From: Octopus vulgaris
Taxonomy: Eukaryota
Assembly: GCA_951406725.2 (NCBI GenBank)
Contig: OX597814.1
Coordinates: 124,186,001-124,250,000 of the forward strand
DNA length: 64,000 nt
Direction: 5' to 3'
Shown: positions 27,351-38,385 of the stretch, in pieces
How the letters are laid out: each line of letters starts with the position of its first letter
Numbering within the stretch: position 1 is the first letter of the stretch
Notes under the pieces: model-generated
Database searches by the model: none
Told to the model about the DNA's origin: nothing
Seen by the model: only the letters and a program-made list of their open reading frames with translations
Position numbers and translations under genes: made by a program

Positions 27351-27873
27351 AATAATTATACTGATATAGCATATGGTGACTTGTTCATCCTCAAGTGTTA
27401 TTTCCTCTTAATTTACAATTTCATACAACATATTTTTATGCTTGTTATAACCTACACTTATTTCTATTGCTCAAAGTATGGGCAGTTGGTCGTGCAACTG
27501 GGCACGAATTCCTGTGCACCTTCTTCAGGGTCTGTCTGTTTGGCCAGTTTTGAAGAGAATTGAATACAGTTAGATGTTTCTTAGTTAGGATTCAGAGAGA
27601 GGTTGTTTTGAAACTGAAACCTGATCTGCTTGTTATCTTATGTGGTTGAGCAGTTGACCTGTATATAGTTTGCTCTGAAACTAGCCAAATGGACATACCC
27701 TGAAGAAGCTGCACAGGAAATCATGCCTGGTTGTATGTACAACTGTCTGTACTTTGTACAGAGGAAATACGTGTGGGTCATAACAACCATAAAATATGGT
27801 GTAAGAAATTATAAATTAAGTGGAAATAAATCTTGAGGAGAAACAAGTCTCCATATTCTATATTGTTATAATT
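27351..27873. repeat. Second inverted repeat pair (~215-bp arms), each arm with a degenerate long-stem-II hammerhead motif
   Basis: Arms 27351-27569 and 27659-27873 are diverged reverse complements. Each reads acc CTGAAGA ag.tgcacag...GAAA ta.gtgt. ggt. Confidence 0.6.
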
Positions 27874-27895
27874 ATCCACACACACACATACATGC

Positions 27896-27931
<36 letters not shown>

Positions 27932-27959
27932 TGCCATGATTGACTGCTAGTCCCTAAAG

Positions 27960-28112
27960 CTTTTTTTATTCTCTCTTTATTTATTTTCTCATGTTCCTTT
28001 CTGTTGAAGAGTGTAGGCTCAAAACGTAAAAGACTTACCTTCCCAAGCATTAAACTAAAACACCTTTGTTTTGTTTATACATCTGTCTTCGTCTTTTGTT
28101 TTTCTGTAAATT

Positions 28113-28115
<3 letters not shown>
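27960..28115 (+). repeat. Short repeat with decayed hammerhead-like motif (pLTR-like)
   Basis: ctttctg TTGAAGA gtgtaggctc AAAA cgt A aaagac is compatible with a CpG-decayed minimal HHR. Sits between (TA)n tracts. Confidence 0.4.
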
Positions 28116-28164
<49 letters not shown>

Positions 28165-29035
28165 GCATCTCTTAAGGATATACCCATTCCCCCAAGGAAG
28201 GTCTTCCTTAAACAACTCATTAGTGAGACAAACTCCTTTATTAATTGTATAAGATGGCTTGCTTCCTTCTTTGACAATAAAGACATTATACAACCTTCTA
28301 ACGATCTAACTTCTGAATTGAAGAAATTATTTAAATCTAAAAACAATTCTGCACCTAACCCAAGATTAAAACAGTTTGGAAACGATCTCTGGTCTATTGT
28401 GAGGAATGTGAGATTCCATCATTCGCCCTTAAGGAATAAACATCTGAGGTATCTTCGCAAAATCACCAAAGAAATTCATAACATTGATGAGATACTGGTC
28501 CAATCTGATAAAACAGGAAACTTATACAGACTTACCAAGGATTACTACCTAGAATTACTTAGAAAAGAAATGCAAAAGAATGATAGGATTACTGGTAAAA
28601 GTGGTATCAGGAAAGCCAACCTTAAAGCTAAGAGAAGTATGGAGAAATAGGACTTACAGATGAAGACTGAAGCTCTTGACCCCAAATAACCTCTTTTTAT
28701 TTTAAAAGATCACAAACCAAATTTCTTTAAAACCCAACATTACGACTTAATTCTCCTTCTAGACCTGACATCGATGTACTTAGCAAAGATATTCTAGATA
28801 AATGTATTTCTAAATAGAAAGAATACATTTCTAAATTTCTCAGAGAGATTTATACAGTAGTAACACGATAAAGTGGTGGTATGTTGTCAACTTAATGTGA
28901 CAGTCCCATGAAAGGGAAGAATACTACTGCTATTTAGCCCTAGGAAGCACCGCTTCCTGTCGGCCTTGACACATTTCTTGTGTCTTTATGTTTACAAAGG
29001 GGAAGATAAGCACCCCCACCCAGCAAAACCAGCAC

Positions 29036-29076
29036 CCAGAGATGAGTTTCTGAGTCATTGCTCGTCATCAGTCTGG
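29036..29076 (-). ncRNA. Type I hammerhead ribozyme motif (decayed) in the 3' UTR of the ORF1-only element
   Basis: Minus strand reads ccaga CUGAUGA cgag-caauga-cuca GAAA cucau C ucugg. Stem I has 5 bp and the core is intact. One mismatch each in stems II and III, both explainable by CpG decay. Confidence 0.65.
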
Positions 29077-29812
29077 AGTAGCATAGCTTGCTAGCTTTAT
29101 TCTTTATTATGAGCACATTGGCTCTTACAAAGAAGGGATGAACAAAGACAGACAACACAATACAGTGGGGTACATAAAGCATAAATCGAATGAAATTATG
29201 AATATAAGGATATAGTGAAAAACGAAATTTCTTACCTGTGCCCCACACACAGGTAGTGTCATTTAACTGTTTATGTAACACATTATGCATGAACAGTTCA
29301 TTATTCTTCTTTACAATGCTTTTTTTAAAAACATTATTTTAAGTTTTACAAATTTCACTTACTTTCAATTTACTATGTACTCTATTATGTCATCAAATGG
29401 CACCACTGGTGGTAGTTCGTCACATCGAACCAGCAACTCTGTTATTACAATTTGTTCACCAAATAATTCTTTTAATCTTTCTACTTTCTTTCTCTCTCTA
29501 TCAAAACTACCCTGTTGTCTTTGGTATCCTTCCTCCCTGACAATTTTACTTTGATTACATTTTTCATTTTAGTGATCTGTTTCTCTATTTCTACGCTCTT
29601 TTTATACTCTATCATTATCCTCACATTTTTTCCTTTCGGTACTCCTTCCCGTTTTCCATCTCTATTCCCTCCTGATGTTCCTGGTTTTTGTGTCTCAACC
29701 ATTTCTATCTCTGTTTTACTCTTTATTGTTGCTTTATTTCCTTTCTGCATACTTGTTTTTTCCTCTGTAATTTCCTTTTTTGTTATTTCTGTTCTTTAAA
29801 TTTGTATCTCCT

Positions 29813-30706
29813 CTATGTTGTCCTTCCTCTATTTTGCAGGTTTTTTGGTGCTGAATATGCATTTTCATCTCTTTTCTTCTTTCTTTTTCCTTCTACATAT
29901 TCCATCTTTTCACTTACTTGACCTTGTGCTACCACTCCTTGTTCCACTTCCTCCTCCTGCTGCTCCTGTTCTACTTCTTGTTTCTGGGGACACCTTGCTT
30001 TCATGTGTCCCCGTACTCCACAGTGGTAGCAGATGGGAGGTCTACCTTCCACTACCACTCTTAATTTAACATCCTCTGGCAATATAATTTCATCTACAGT
30101 TTTATGCAGGTACAGCAAATTAATTTGGACTGTCACCTTGAGGCCGTATCTAAACCAGTTTACTTCTGTTGTCCTCGTGACCTTCAGTACATTGGTCTCC
30201 TCCTCCATGTTGAAGAGGATGGCTGCCACCAGCCATGCCTCATCGATTTCTGGGGGTACTCTGCCAATCCTAACTCTGGCCGCATGTTTGCCACAGTAGA
30301 TTGGCAGTAGTGCCCACTCTTCCAACCTCAATGGCACCGTGGAGCACTTTATTGCATCCTGTTTGGTCACAAACCATACCTCCACTGTGCCATACTTCTT
30401 GCCTCTGGTGTAGAATATCGTTAGGTATTTAATGTCCTTAAGACATTCTTCCATTGCTTTAACGGTCACTATTTTCACCCTTTTACTTGAGTTTAACAGC
30501 GTTCTATACACTACAGTTCTTTTAGCTGTTTCCTCTATTACTTCTTTTGGTGGAGTCAGCCTCAGGCTGTTTCCTTCCTTAACTATGAGTTCGTTAGACT
30601 TTTCCAATCTCTTTTTGTCGAACTTCACTTTTTGCACTTGCAAAACATTGTTATTCAAACCCCTTCCTGTTGCTGCAGCATAGCTGATGGCTGGTTGGAT
30701 CTCCAT
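29813..30706 (-). CDS. ORF1/gag-like nucleic-acid-binding protein with CCHC zinc knuckle (Tx1/L1 ORF1- or ZCCHC3-like), transposon-borne
   Basis: 297-aa ATG-started ORF with N-terminal SYAAA motif, two RRM-like segments, EGRPPICYHCGVRGHMKARCP knuckle, then an acidic/basic tail. A frameshifted K/E-rich continuation runs to ~29370, so this copy is probably damaged at the C-terminus. Confidence 0.75.
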   Translation of the reverse strand: MEIQPAISYAAATGRGLNNNVLQVQKVKFDKKRLEKSNELIVKEGNSLRLTPPKEVIEETAKRTVVYRTLLNSSKRVKIVTVKAMEECLKDIKYLTIFYTRGKKYGTVEVWFVTKQDAIKCSTVPLRLEEWALLPIYCGKHAARVRIGRVPPEIDEAWLVAAILFNMEEETNVLKVTRTTEVNWFRYGLKVTVQINLLYLHKTVDEIILPEDVKLRVVVEGRPPICYHCGVRGHMKARCPQKQEVEQEQQEEEVEQGVVAQGQVSEKMEYVEGKRKKKRDENAYSAPKNLQNRGRTT

Positions 30707-33140
30707 TACTACGTTGCTTCACACTTGTCACAAATGACAAGAAAATTTCCAGAAAATATATCCATAAAAATCACAGTTCATAATAAAATTAACGGAAATT
30801 TTTCCACCCAACAGGACAGAAATTACTGTTTTTCAAAGGACAACAGTTCAATTTCAATTGAAGTATTTCACTTCAAAATAACATAAATTTACAATTAACA
30901 GAACAGGAAACGAACTCACATAATGCAGGTAACAAACTGAAGTCAACAAGGTGTCGCAGATGTAAAAGGCATGGCCTTGCTAGCTGTCGATGCCTATCTG
31001 CCTCTGTAAACATGTAATAATTCAAGTGAAATACATTCACTGATTTCAAAAATAGAAATAATACATTTCTAAATCTCTCAGAGAGATTTATACTGTAGTA
31101 ACACAATAACGTGATGGTATGTTGTCAACTTAATGTGACAGTCCCATGAAAGGGAAGAATACTACTGCTATTTAGTCCTACTTTATTCCTACTTTAGTTA
31201 AAAAATTAAAGCTTAATTTATGGTCTAATTCATTCCAAATGGTCGACTGGTTTACTTCTATTAATAACAAGAAGTGCACTAAGTTTATCCAGTTTGACAT
31301 TTCTAGTTACCATTCCTCTATTAACCCTATTGTACTCAACAAGGCACTCTGATTTGCACACAACAAAGCAGGTCTCACCAAGGATGAAATTAATGTGGTG
31401 TTAGCCACCAGAAAATCAATCTTTAAATTTGAAAACAAGCTGTGGATCTGTAAAGATACGGCCGACAATTTTGATGTCACGATGGGAAGTTCTGACTTAG
31501 CATAATTGGCTGATTTGGTCTGTATATATATCCTTTATGAGATGGCTGACCAATTCCCAAACATCAATGGAGGTCTATATCATGATGATTGTCTACTCTA
31601 CCTTCAAAATGCTCCTAATCAAAAATTACAAAAGGTTAAAAATAGGTTGGTTAAATTTTTCCAAAATATGGGCTTAAGCATTGTTTTCAATGACGATATA
31701 ACTAAAGCCAACTTTTTGGATATTACCCTTAACTTACATAATGCTTCGTATTTCCCATATCATAAACTCTCAACTAATTTAAGATATATTAGCTCTTTCA
31801 GTAATCATCCAAAGGCTATTACAAGGAATTTGGTTAGAAATATTTCACTTAGACTTTCTAGATTATCTGCCAATGTTGAGATCTTCAATGATAAAGCTGA
31901 ATTTTATAACTCTGCTTTACTTAACGCAGGCTATAAAAGAAAAAAATACTTATATTAACCCTATTGACATTAATTCTACCTCTATTAATCAGAACATGAA
32001 AACACATCATAATAGTAATAGTAATATAAATTTTAGTTTGAATAACAACACTAAATTAAAAAATGTAATTTTGCAGCATGAAGGAAATAACCATTCTTTA
32101 AGACCCTTTTTACATTATAAAAGTAAATATAGGACTTTTAAAGATAATTACCCTAATAACAAGGTATGTCCTAGTAAAACTGTTTGGTTGATAATTCCAT
32201 ATGGTAAGCAGATCAAATCCAATCTCCCTTACAAGTTTTGTGAAGCTATAGATAAGAATTTCTCCAAAAATCCAAGATACCATTCCATTATCAATTCACA
32301 CCAAATTAGAATAGGATTTCCAAACACCAAAAACCTTTCACAAATCATCACTTCACATAATAATTAGTTGTTAAATACAAATCCACTTAATGAAAATAAT
32401 AACATTGATATTATCAACACTAACCATTCTTTGAACAATAATAACAACAATATTAATGTTTCTGATATAAATCAAATCACATTCGTTTGCTTAGCAGTAA
32501 TTCTAAGACTAGAAACTCTGTTTATCAATGTAAAATTACTTCCAGTTCTGATGTCTTTTTTTTTTTACATAGGTAGCTCTTCATCTCAGTTGTCCAAAAG
32601 TATATCTAATCCTTACTCTACATTTAGTCATATCAATAAACACTATAATACTGGGCTTAGTAAATTAATTTGGTCTCTTAAGGAACATAAACAGTTTGAT
32701 TTGGAATGGAATATTCTAACTAGATCCTTTCCATTTGAAAAATGTAAATCCTTTTGTCCGGTCTATAATGAAGAAGAGTATTTCATTCTGTTCTTGGAGA
32801 ATTTTCTTGTAAACACATTTAAAGAACGCATTTATCACGACAAACATTGGCAAAACATACCTTTAGTTCCTATAAGTAATTTCTATCAATCCATAAAATT
32901 TCATTTTATCTGTCTTCTTACATTTTATTTCCACTACATATATCTATTTACATGCCTTTATCACACTATATTTCTCCACTATTAATTTCTTTCTTTCTCC
33001 TCCTTCTCTTTCTTTAAATTGCCTTTGACGTTAAATCTATTAACAATTTTAAAAATAATAACTTGCCAGTGTTCCCTTCATCACATACGTGGTAGTCACA
33101 TTCAGTTAAAATGGCTTACTGATGTGTTTTGCTTCTCTTT

Positions 33141-33228
33141 TTTCTCTGATGAGATGATTACATTGTTTTAATTCATTTTATTCCCTCAGGAATGATACCA
33201 ATGTTTTCTTCAAAGTATATGTCAGAGG
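33141..33228 (+). ncRNA. Decayed hammerhead motif in the 3' pLTR region of the Penelope element
   Basis: uuucu CUGAUGA, long imperfect stem II (acauug/caaugu), AAAG in place of GAAA, uauaugu C agagg. Confidence 0.45.
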
Positions 33229-33372
33229 TATAAAGATTTGAATAACACCTGCATTTAACTCCATTTCTTTATATATATACACACACACACTCACACATAT
33301 ATATACATATATATATATTTAGTGAGGGAAGAAATGGAGCTGAACGAAGCTTTTACAAAATTCCTTTTTATT

Positions 33373-33458
33373 ATTTTCTACATATGTTTCAAAGGCTGCA
33401 AAGTCCCTAATTCGGATTGAATAAGGAGACCATTTTGCAGCTTTCTCTTCAGGAAAAT
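33373..33458 (-). ncRNA. Type I hammerhead ribozyme with extended stem II
   Basis: Minus strand reads auuuuc CUGAAGA gaaagcugcaaa..(31 nt)..uuugcagccuuu GAAA cauaugu A gaaaau. Canonical core, stem I 6 bp, palindromic stem III ACAUAUGU, GUA site. Confidence 0.75.
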
Positions 33459-33672
33459 CCAGGAACTTAAATCTCCAACAAAATGCGCAGCAAGCTTTTC
33501 GACAAACGCTCTCTAGGAGCCCATGGTATGAATTTCCGCACTAAGGCACGGGTTTGAGACCCCATGGTCGTAACCTCAACCGTGATTTTTCTGTTGTGAT
33601 TTTTGCTACCCAGGTATCAGTTATAATTTGAATAATCTGTAATATAATTGAATTATAATTTGAATAATCCGT

Positions 33673-33713
<41 letters not shown>

Positions 33714-34221
33714 GTATGTATGTGTGTATGTATGTATGTATGTATGTATGTATGTATGTATGTATGTATGCATGTATGTATGCATGTATGTATGTATGTA
33801 TATATGTATGTATTTATGTATGTATGTATACTCCCAGTGGTCGGATGGTTTGTCACTAGGTAGTAATCATGATGTCTCTGAGAGTGATACTTACATTGTA
33901 GAAGCATTCATCATGTTCATCCAATGACATACAAACATTTCTTTGTGGTAACCTCATTTGTTATTCCATCTACTCAAAAGCACAATGCTGACAGAAGACT
34001 GGTGATTTGGTGCATACCAAACCAGTAAGAAGGGTCAACTTCAAGTCAGAAAGTCAAAAGCGTTTGAGACCTTGATTGGGGAACCTTTTATTCCACAAAG
34101 TGACCAGAAGTGAAAGTTACAGCTTTCTTCAGTTGGCTTTGCTTCAAACTGCAAATCTGCAGCAGGACTGAACAATCTTCTGAGGAAATGGCAATCATCT
34201 GTAAAGCTGGAGCAATTACTA

Positions 34222-34265
<44 letters not shown>

Positions 34266-34424
34266 TAGAGACATTGTGCTGTAACAGCATGTCACTGCAT
34301 ATACCATTTGTTGGCGAATCTCTATTCCTGGTTGATGACTGATTTTTTTTCCATGGACCCTGTACTTATTTCCTGTTCTTGGGCCAGTTGCTGAATAGTT
34401 ATACTCTTTTTTTTCTCTTTTTAC

Positions 34425-34828
34425 TCTTTTTACTTGTTTCAGTCATTTGACTGCGGCCATGCTGGAGCACCGCCTTTAGTCGAGCAACTCGACCCCGGGA
34501 CTTATTCTTTGTAAGCCCAGTACTTATTCTATCGGTCTCTTTTGCCGAACCGCTAAGTGACGGGGATGTAAACACACCAGCATCGGTTGTCAAGCAATGC
34601 TAGGGGAACAAACACAGACACACAAACATATTCACACACACATATATATATATACATATATACGACAGACTTCTTTCAGTTTCCGTCTACCAAATCCACT
34701 CACAAGGCATTGGTCGGCCCGGGGCTATAGCAGAAGACACTTGCCCAAGATGCCACGCAGTGGAACTGAACCCGGAACCATGTGGTTGGTTAGCAAGCTA
34801 CTTACCAAACAGCCACTCCTGCGCCTGT
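34425..34828 (-). mobile_element. tRNA-head SINE family B, representative copy (others at ~5955 -, 7420, 12515, 14685 -, 19216, 63210 -)
   Basis: Head GGCGCAGGAGTGGCTG..GGTAAGTAGCTTGC..GGTTCAGT.CC, TTGGGCAAGTG core, internal microsatellite, tail GACTGAAACAAGTAAAAGAG. Confidence 0.85.
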
Positions 34829-34864
34829 GACACTCCTCCAAAATGGTGGTTTCCACTTAATGGA

Positions 34865-35070
34865 TGGTGTTGCTATCAATGGTGGAATGTGGTCATTCGG
34901 GAATAGGAGCAGTTTCCACCAATGTCTGACAACATTTGAACTGGCAATGCCAGGACTTCACTACATGGTATGATGGTGCATCATCACCATAAACTTCTTT
35001 CATCTCATCAAAAGTCTCTTTTAGTGTACAACCTTTTAAGTATAAGAACCTGATCACTGATTTGCATTCA
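34865..35070 (-). mobile_element. Mariner transposase N-terminal HTH fragment
   Basis: ECKSVIRFLYLKGCTLKETFDEMKEVYGDDAPSYHVVKSWHCQFK matches the Mos1-type HTH pattern. Confidence 0.8.
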
Positions 35071-35099
35071 AATATATATATATATATATAATCATCATC

Positions 35100-35882
35100 A
35101 TCATCGTTTAACATCTGTTTTCCATGCTAGCATGGTTCGACTGGGGTCTGGGAAACCAGGAGGCTGCACCAGGCTCCAGTCTGATCTGGCAGTGTTTCTA
35201 CAGCTGGATGCCCTTCCTCATGCCAACCACTCCATGAGTGTAGTGGGTGCTTTTTTCACGCCACTGGCACAGGTGCCAGGGGAGGCTGGCAATGGCCATG
35301 ATCGGTTGGTGCTTATTATGTGCCACTTGCATGAGAGCCAGTCAAGGCCATACTGGCATCAGCCATGTTTGGATGGTGCTTTTTACGTGCCACCGGCACG
35401 GGTATTAAAACTACAATTTCTATTTGATTTTTATTTTGATGTTGATGTACTTGACTCAATAGGTCTCCTCAAACACAGCAGGTCGCCCTACAGTCCAAGG
35501 TAAGCACAGCAGGCCGTCCTGCGATCCAAGTTACTTTGAATGGGCTGGAGCTGCTATGTGAAGCTGATGCAAGAAACAGCCATGAACTCATGCTATTTGT
35601 CAGGTCTTCGCAGTCACAGCATATCTCCAGAGGTGTTGGTCTTTTGTTATTGCCTCTGTGAGGCCCAATGTTTGAAGGTCATGCTTGACCACCTCATCCC
35701 ATGTCTTCCTGGGTCTACCTATACCCCGGATTCCTTCAACTGTTTGGGAGTGGCACTTCTTCACACATCTGTCCTCATCCATCCATAGTACATGACCATA
35801 CCAGTGCAAATGTCCCTCTTGCACGCCACATCCAATGCTTCTTATGTCCAGCATTTCTCTCAGAGCGCTTACACTCTGTCGT
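35100..35882 (-). mobile_element. 5'-truncated RTE LINE (ORF end + 3' UTR)
   Basis: RQSVSALRE..WYGHVL..GRPRKTWDEVVKHDLQTLGL, followed by the same 3' UTR and tail as at 54431-55040. Confidence 0.85.
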
Positions 35883-35885
35883 GTA

Positions 35886-35929
<44 letters not shown>

Positions 35930-35936
35930 CATACAC

Positions 35937-35971
<35 letters not shown>

Positions 35972-37834
35972 AATATATACACACACATACATATACACAC
36001 ATCAATCATTGTTTTAATGCCTACTTTTCCATGTTTGTATGGGTCTGATGAGACTACACTAACATAGAATTTTCTAAGCCCAGCTCTCCTTCTTGATGCC
36101 AACCCCTAAATGTATCAAACATTGTACAGTCAGGAGATGTTTTCACAGAGGGCTGCAAACAAAGGACACTGTTTATATGAATGGTGATACATGTTTACAA
36201 TCAGTGCACATATGTATAAACAGGTCAAGAAACCCAAATATGTTTTTATGGTGGACTTTGGTCAGAATTGCCATTTGCATGAATGGTGAAGCCAAGATGA
36301 GAGGAATATTCACTTTGTCAACCATACGCATGTGCATGCCCCACCCCCACACACACTGGCACTCCATTGGTTATAGTGATGAGGGTTCTAGTTAATACAT
36401 TCAACAGAAGAACATGCTTGTGAAATTAGCATGCAAGTGGCTGAGCACTCCACAGACATGCCGACATGCAGACCCTACAGACATGCAGGCATGCAGACCC
36501 CAAGGCGGCAAGCTGGCAGAGATGTTAGCACACCGGGCAAAATGCTTTGTGATATTTTGTCCGCTGCTGTATTCTGAGTTCAAATTCTACTGAGGTTTTG
36601 GGGTCAATAAATTAAGTACCAGTTATGCACTGGGGTCGATGTAATCGACTTAATCTGTTTGTCTGTCCTTGTTTGTCCCCTCTATGTTTAGCCCCTTGTG
36701 GGTAATAAAGAAGTAAGACATACAGACCCTTAATGTAGTTCTCAGGGAGATTCAGCATGACATAGAATGTGACATGGCTGGCCCTTTGAATTACAGGCTG
36801 AATTAATTTTTGCCAGCTGAGTGGACTGGAGCAACATTAAATAAAGTGTCTTGCCGAAGGATCCAGTGCACTGCTGGGAATCGAACTTATGATGTTATGA
36901 TTGTGAGCCAAATACCTCTAACGACTAAGCCACTTGCCTTCACACAGATACACACACATTTACAAACATTTATACGTAAGATGACAATGATGCTGATTCT
37001 TTCTCTTGGAGGAGAGACTTAACATTTGCGACCATATGTCTCTTCTCTTCCCTACACTCTCCCAAACATCTTTTCACTTTCCAGCCACATACCCATAACA
37101 TACATCCATTCCAGCACCTATCTTTAAGTTTGAATAGCTTTCAAAATGTGTATAAATGCAAGAACTTCTGTAGTCTTTGGTAAAAACAAAATAAAACAAG
37201 CTAAATGTTGTCTGAACTGCTAACAATTCAACTTAAAGCAGGTAACGAATCTTAACCAAAGAACAGAATGGTTATAACAGATTCTCGTATCATGAATATG
37301 AGATTGTAGTCTGGTAATATAAATACTACATTTGTATTAAAGCAACTTAATACATTCTTAGTATATACTTTCTCCTAGGTTATGAATGACATTTTATAAT
37401 TTGGTCCACATGAAAATGATATTAACATAAGTATATTTGTGAATTAACACTTTATATCTATTACCATTCGCTTTCAAAAAAACGACTTTTTCAATGTATT
37501 GAATGATATAATGTTGACATCACATGAACTTTATAAACTTTCAAGAGAATTTTTTCAAGGAATATTCTGAAGTGTGCACATAATGCTATGAATAATAGCA
37601 TATGACACTGGTGGTGTGCCATATAAAAATGCTGGTGTTATGCCACATAGAAAGCACCATGTACACTCTGTAAAGGGGTTAGTTTTAGGAAAGGCATCCA
37701 GTTGCAGAAATCCTGCCAAAATAGACGTTGGAATCTCATGCAGCCCCTGGCTTTGTCAGGATCTGTCAAGCCATCAACCTTTGCCAGCATGGAAAATATA
37801 TGTTAAACAATGATGATGATAAAATATTGTGATA

Positions 37835-38385
37835 AAAAACCCCTTTTGGATAAGAAAAATCAAAGGCAGCCTGTGGGATTTTAACCCACATCTCCTGCAG
37901 ATAAGACAGGAATCCTACAATTGGATCAAAGCAATCCTTTGAATTTTTGAAAATACATTTTGGAGGCTTGATTCCTATCATGAAGACTTGTATGTTGTTG
38001 ACATTGTAAGAATTTTATAAACTTTCAAGAGAACACTAAATAATTCTTTTTTGAAATATCTTGAAGCACACATGTAAATAATAACAAAAATATTGGACTG
38101 AAAAAACCCTTTTGAATAAGAATATTTACATTCTGTTATTTATAACTTCATGTGCATGTTTTGAAATATTTCCAAAAAAGAATTATTTTATGTTCTCTTG
38201 AAAGTTTATAAAATTCTTATGATGTCAGCAACACACAAATTTTGTTAGTATGAATGAAGTTTCTAAAAATAAATTGAGAAATTGAAAGGATTGTTTTGGT
38301 CAAATAGTAGAACACCTGCAAAAGATGTGGGTTTGAGTCTCTTGAGCAAGCCTTTGACTTTTGCTATCCAAAAGGGATTTTCAAT
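37835..38385. repeat. ~550-bp imperfect fold-back palindrome
   Basis: For example AAGAATTTTATAAACTTTCAAGAGAACA (~38008) vs TGTTCTCTTGAAAGTTTATAAAATTCTT (~38191), and outer ends CCCTTTTGGATA / TATCCAAAAGGG. A partial third copy lies at ~37510-37580. Confidence 0.7.

Larger units (their letters stand above)
28813..31181 (-). mobile_element. 2.37-kb non-autonomous element with 130-bp terminal direct repeats, a hammerhead motif and a single ORF1/gag-like gene
   Basis: Direct repeats 28813-28942 and 31051-31180 (7 mismatches counted, no TG..CA ends). It interrupts the Penelope RT, which rejoins when the element is removed. Possible degenerate TSD tgtatttcta (28803-12) / tttattccta (31182-91). No RT or endonuclease inside. 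Confidence 0.82.
28180..33270 (+). mobile_element. Decayed Penelope-like retroelement (RT + C-terminal GIY-YIG), probably Hydra-type, split by an insertion at 28813-31181
   Basis: 28318-28812 encodes ...LVQSDKTGNLY...LKDHKPNF...SKDILDK. The reading resumes at 31182 with FIPTLVKKLKLNLWSNS..VDWF..FIQFDISSY..FDVTMGS..GLYHDDCL..NFLDITLNL..SNHP, then a GIY-YIG-type tail (YIGSS..TGLSKLIWSLK..EWNIL..CPV..EE). Contains stops and frameshifts. 5' boundary approximate; clade assignment is from remembered motifs. Confidence 0.85.

Noticed and set aside
28813-31180. Classical LTR retrotransposon or TRIM interpretation of the 130-bp direct repeats
   Set aside because: No TG..CA termini, no clear PBS/PPT, no clean 4-6-bp TSD and no pol. 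The hammerhead points to a PLE/retrozyme-type mechanism, though this is not fully excluded.
31340-31510. In-frame TGA in the Penelope RT as possible selenocysteine recoding (as reported for some Naiad PLEs)
   Set aside because: TAA and TAG stops and frameshifts also occur, and the TGA is at a likely CGA CpG-decay site, so simple decay explains it.
33960-34220. Coding-like unique segment that might be an extra exon
   Set aside because: No recognisable domain or convincing splice pair, and exons C and D already join in frame with family-typical spacing.
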